A stretch of DNA of 63,836 bases, counting the filler, from Acidimicrobiia bacterium (GTDB taxonomy: Bacteria; Actinomycetota; Acidimicrobiia; Spongiisociales; JAHEDJ01), in NCBI GenBank assembly GCA_029210695.1. It is 3 parts of 3 records of this genome, joined end to end, with 100 filler letters (N's around TTAATTAATTAA, not from the genome) between each part and the next. Parts side by side here need not be neighbours in the genome. Positions count along the whole stretch, not along the records: positions 45,078 to 63,836 come from JARGFH010000062.1; 2 more parts are not named here. The stretch is one strand, 5' to 3'. Positions 63,830 through 63,836 of this stretch are shown here, piece after piece (the stretch's first letter is position 1; each line of letters opens with the position of its first letter). A program made the position numbers and the translations under genes. Under the pieces are notes generated by a model. The model did not search any database. It had not been told where the DNA came from and saw only the letters and a program-made list of their open reading frames with translations.

Positions 63830-63836
63830 GCGTAGT
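63762..63836 (-). mobile_element. Right end of an IS3-family (IS6110/IS51-like) element
   Basis: TGAACCGCCCTGGGTTTGATGGAGACTC resembles the IS6110-type terminal IR; the minus strand reads YAQLTTTG-stop like an OrfB tail. Confidence 0.75.

Overview
High-GC actinobacterial DNA, probably Acidimicrobiia-like (inferred from gene content). It consists of three pieces joined by artificial N44-TTAATTAATTAA-N44 spacers (22724-22823, 44978-45077), plus one scaffold gap (33984-34080), so linkage across the spacers is not real evidence. Piece 1 holds a DrrAB-type ABC exporter, a methyltransferase, a rhodanese-lipoprotein plus multiheme cytochrome c operon, DoxX, FTR1, an ECF sigma/anti-sigma pair, a Tad/Flp pilus cluster and a sulfur-handling cluster (mobA, SulP, DUF202, rhodanese-MBL, ArsR, DsrE). 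Piece 2 holds an 11-subunit complex I (nuoABCD-HIJKLMN, no nuoEFG), a DUF559 nuclease embedded in REP-like repeats, glgB, a Tat multicopper oxidase, an NDUFAF7/MidA methyltransferase with in-frame repeat insertions, parA plus a small partner gene, and a histidine kinase. Piece 3 holds transporters, signalling proteins, beta-propeller proteins and an IS110 element interrupted by an IS3-family end. Top finding: the cytochrome is split by one in-frame TGA (4140-4142) followed by a hairpin fitting the bacterial SECIS model. This predicts a 465-aa selenocysteine-containing 11-heme lipoprotein (SSGEG-U-GGS) encoded next to a double-rhodanese lipoprotein. Other notable items are the DUF559/REP-like repeats invading a coding gene, three ~30-codon relay mini-ORFs inside the nuo operon, a fixed-length 47-48-bp palindrome family, a shared ATGCG-N6-CGCAT operator and sigma28-like promoters. 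All calls come from reading the sequence; no searches were run.
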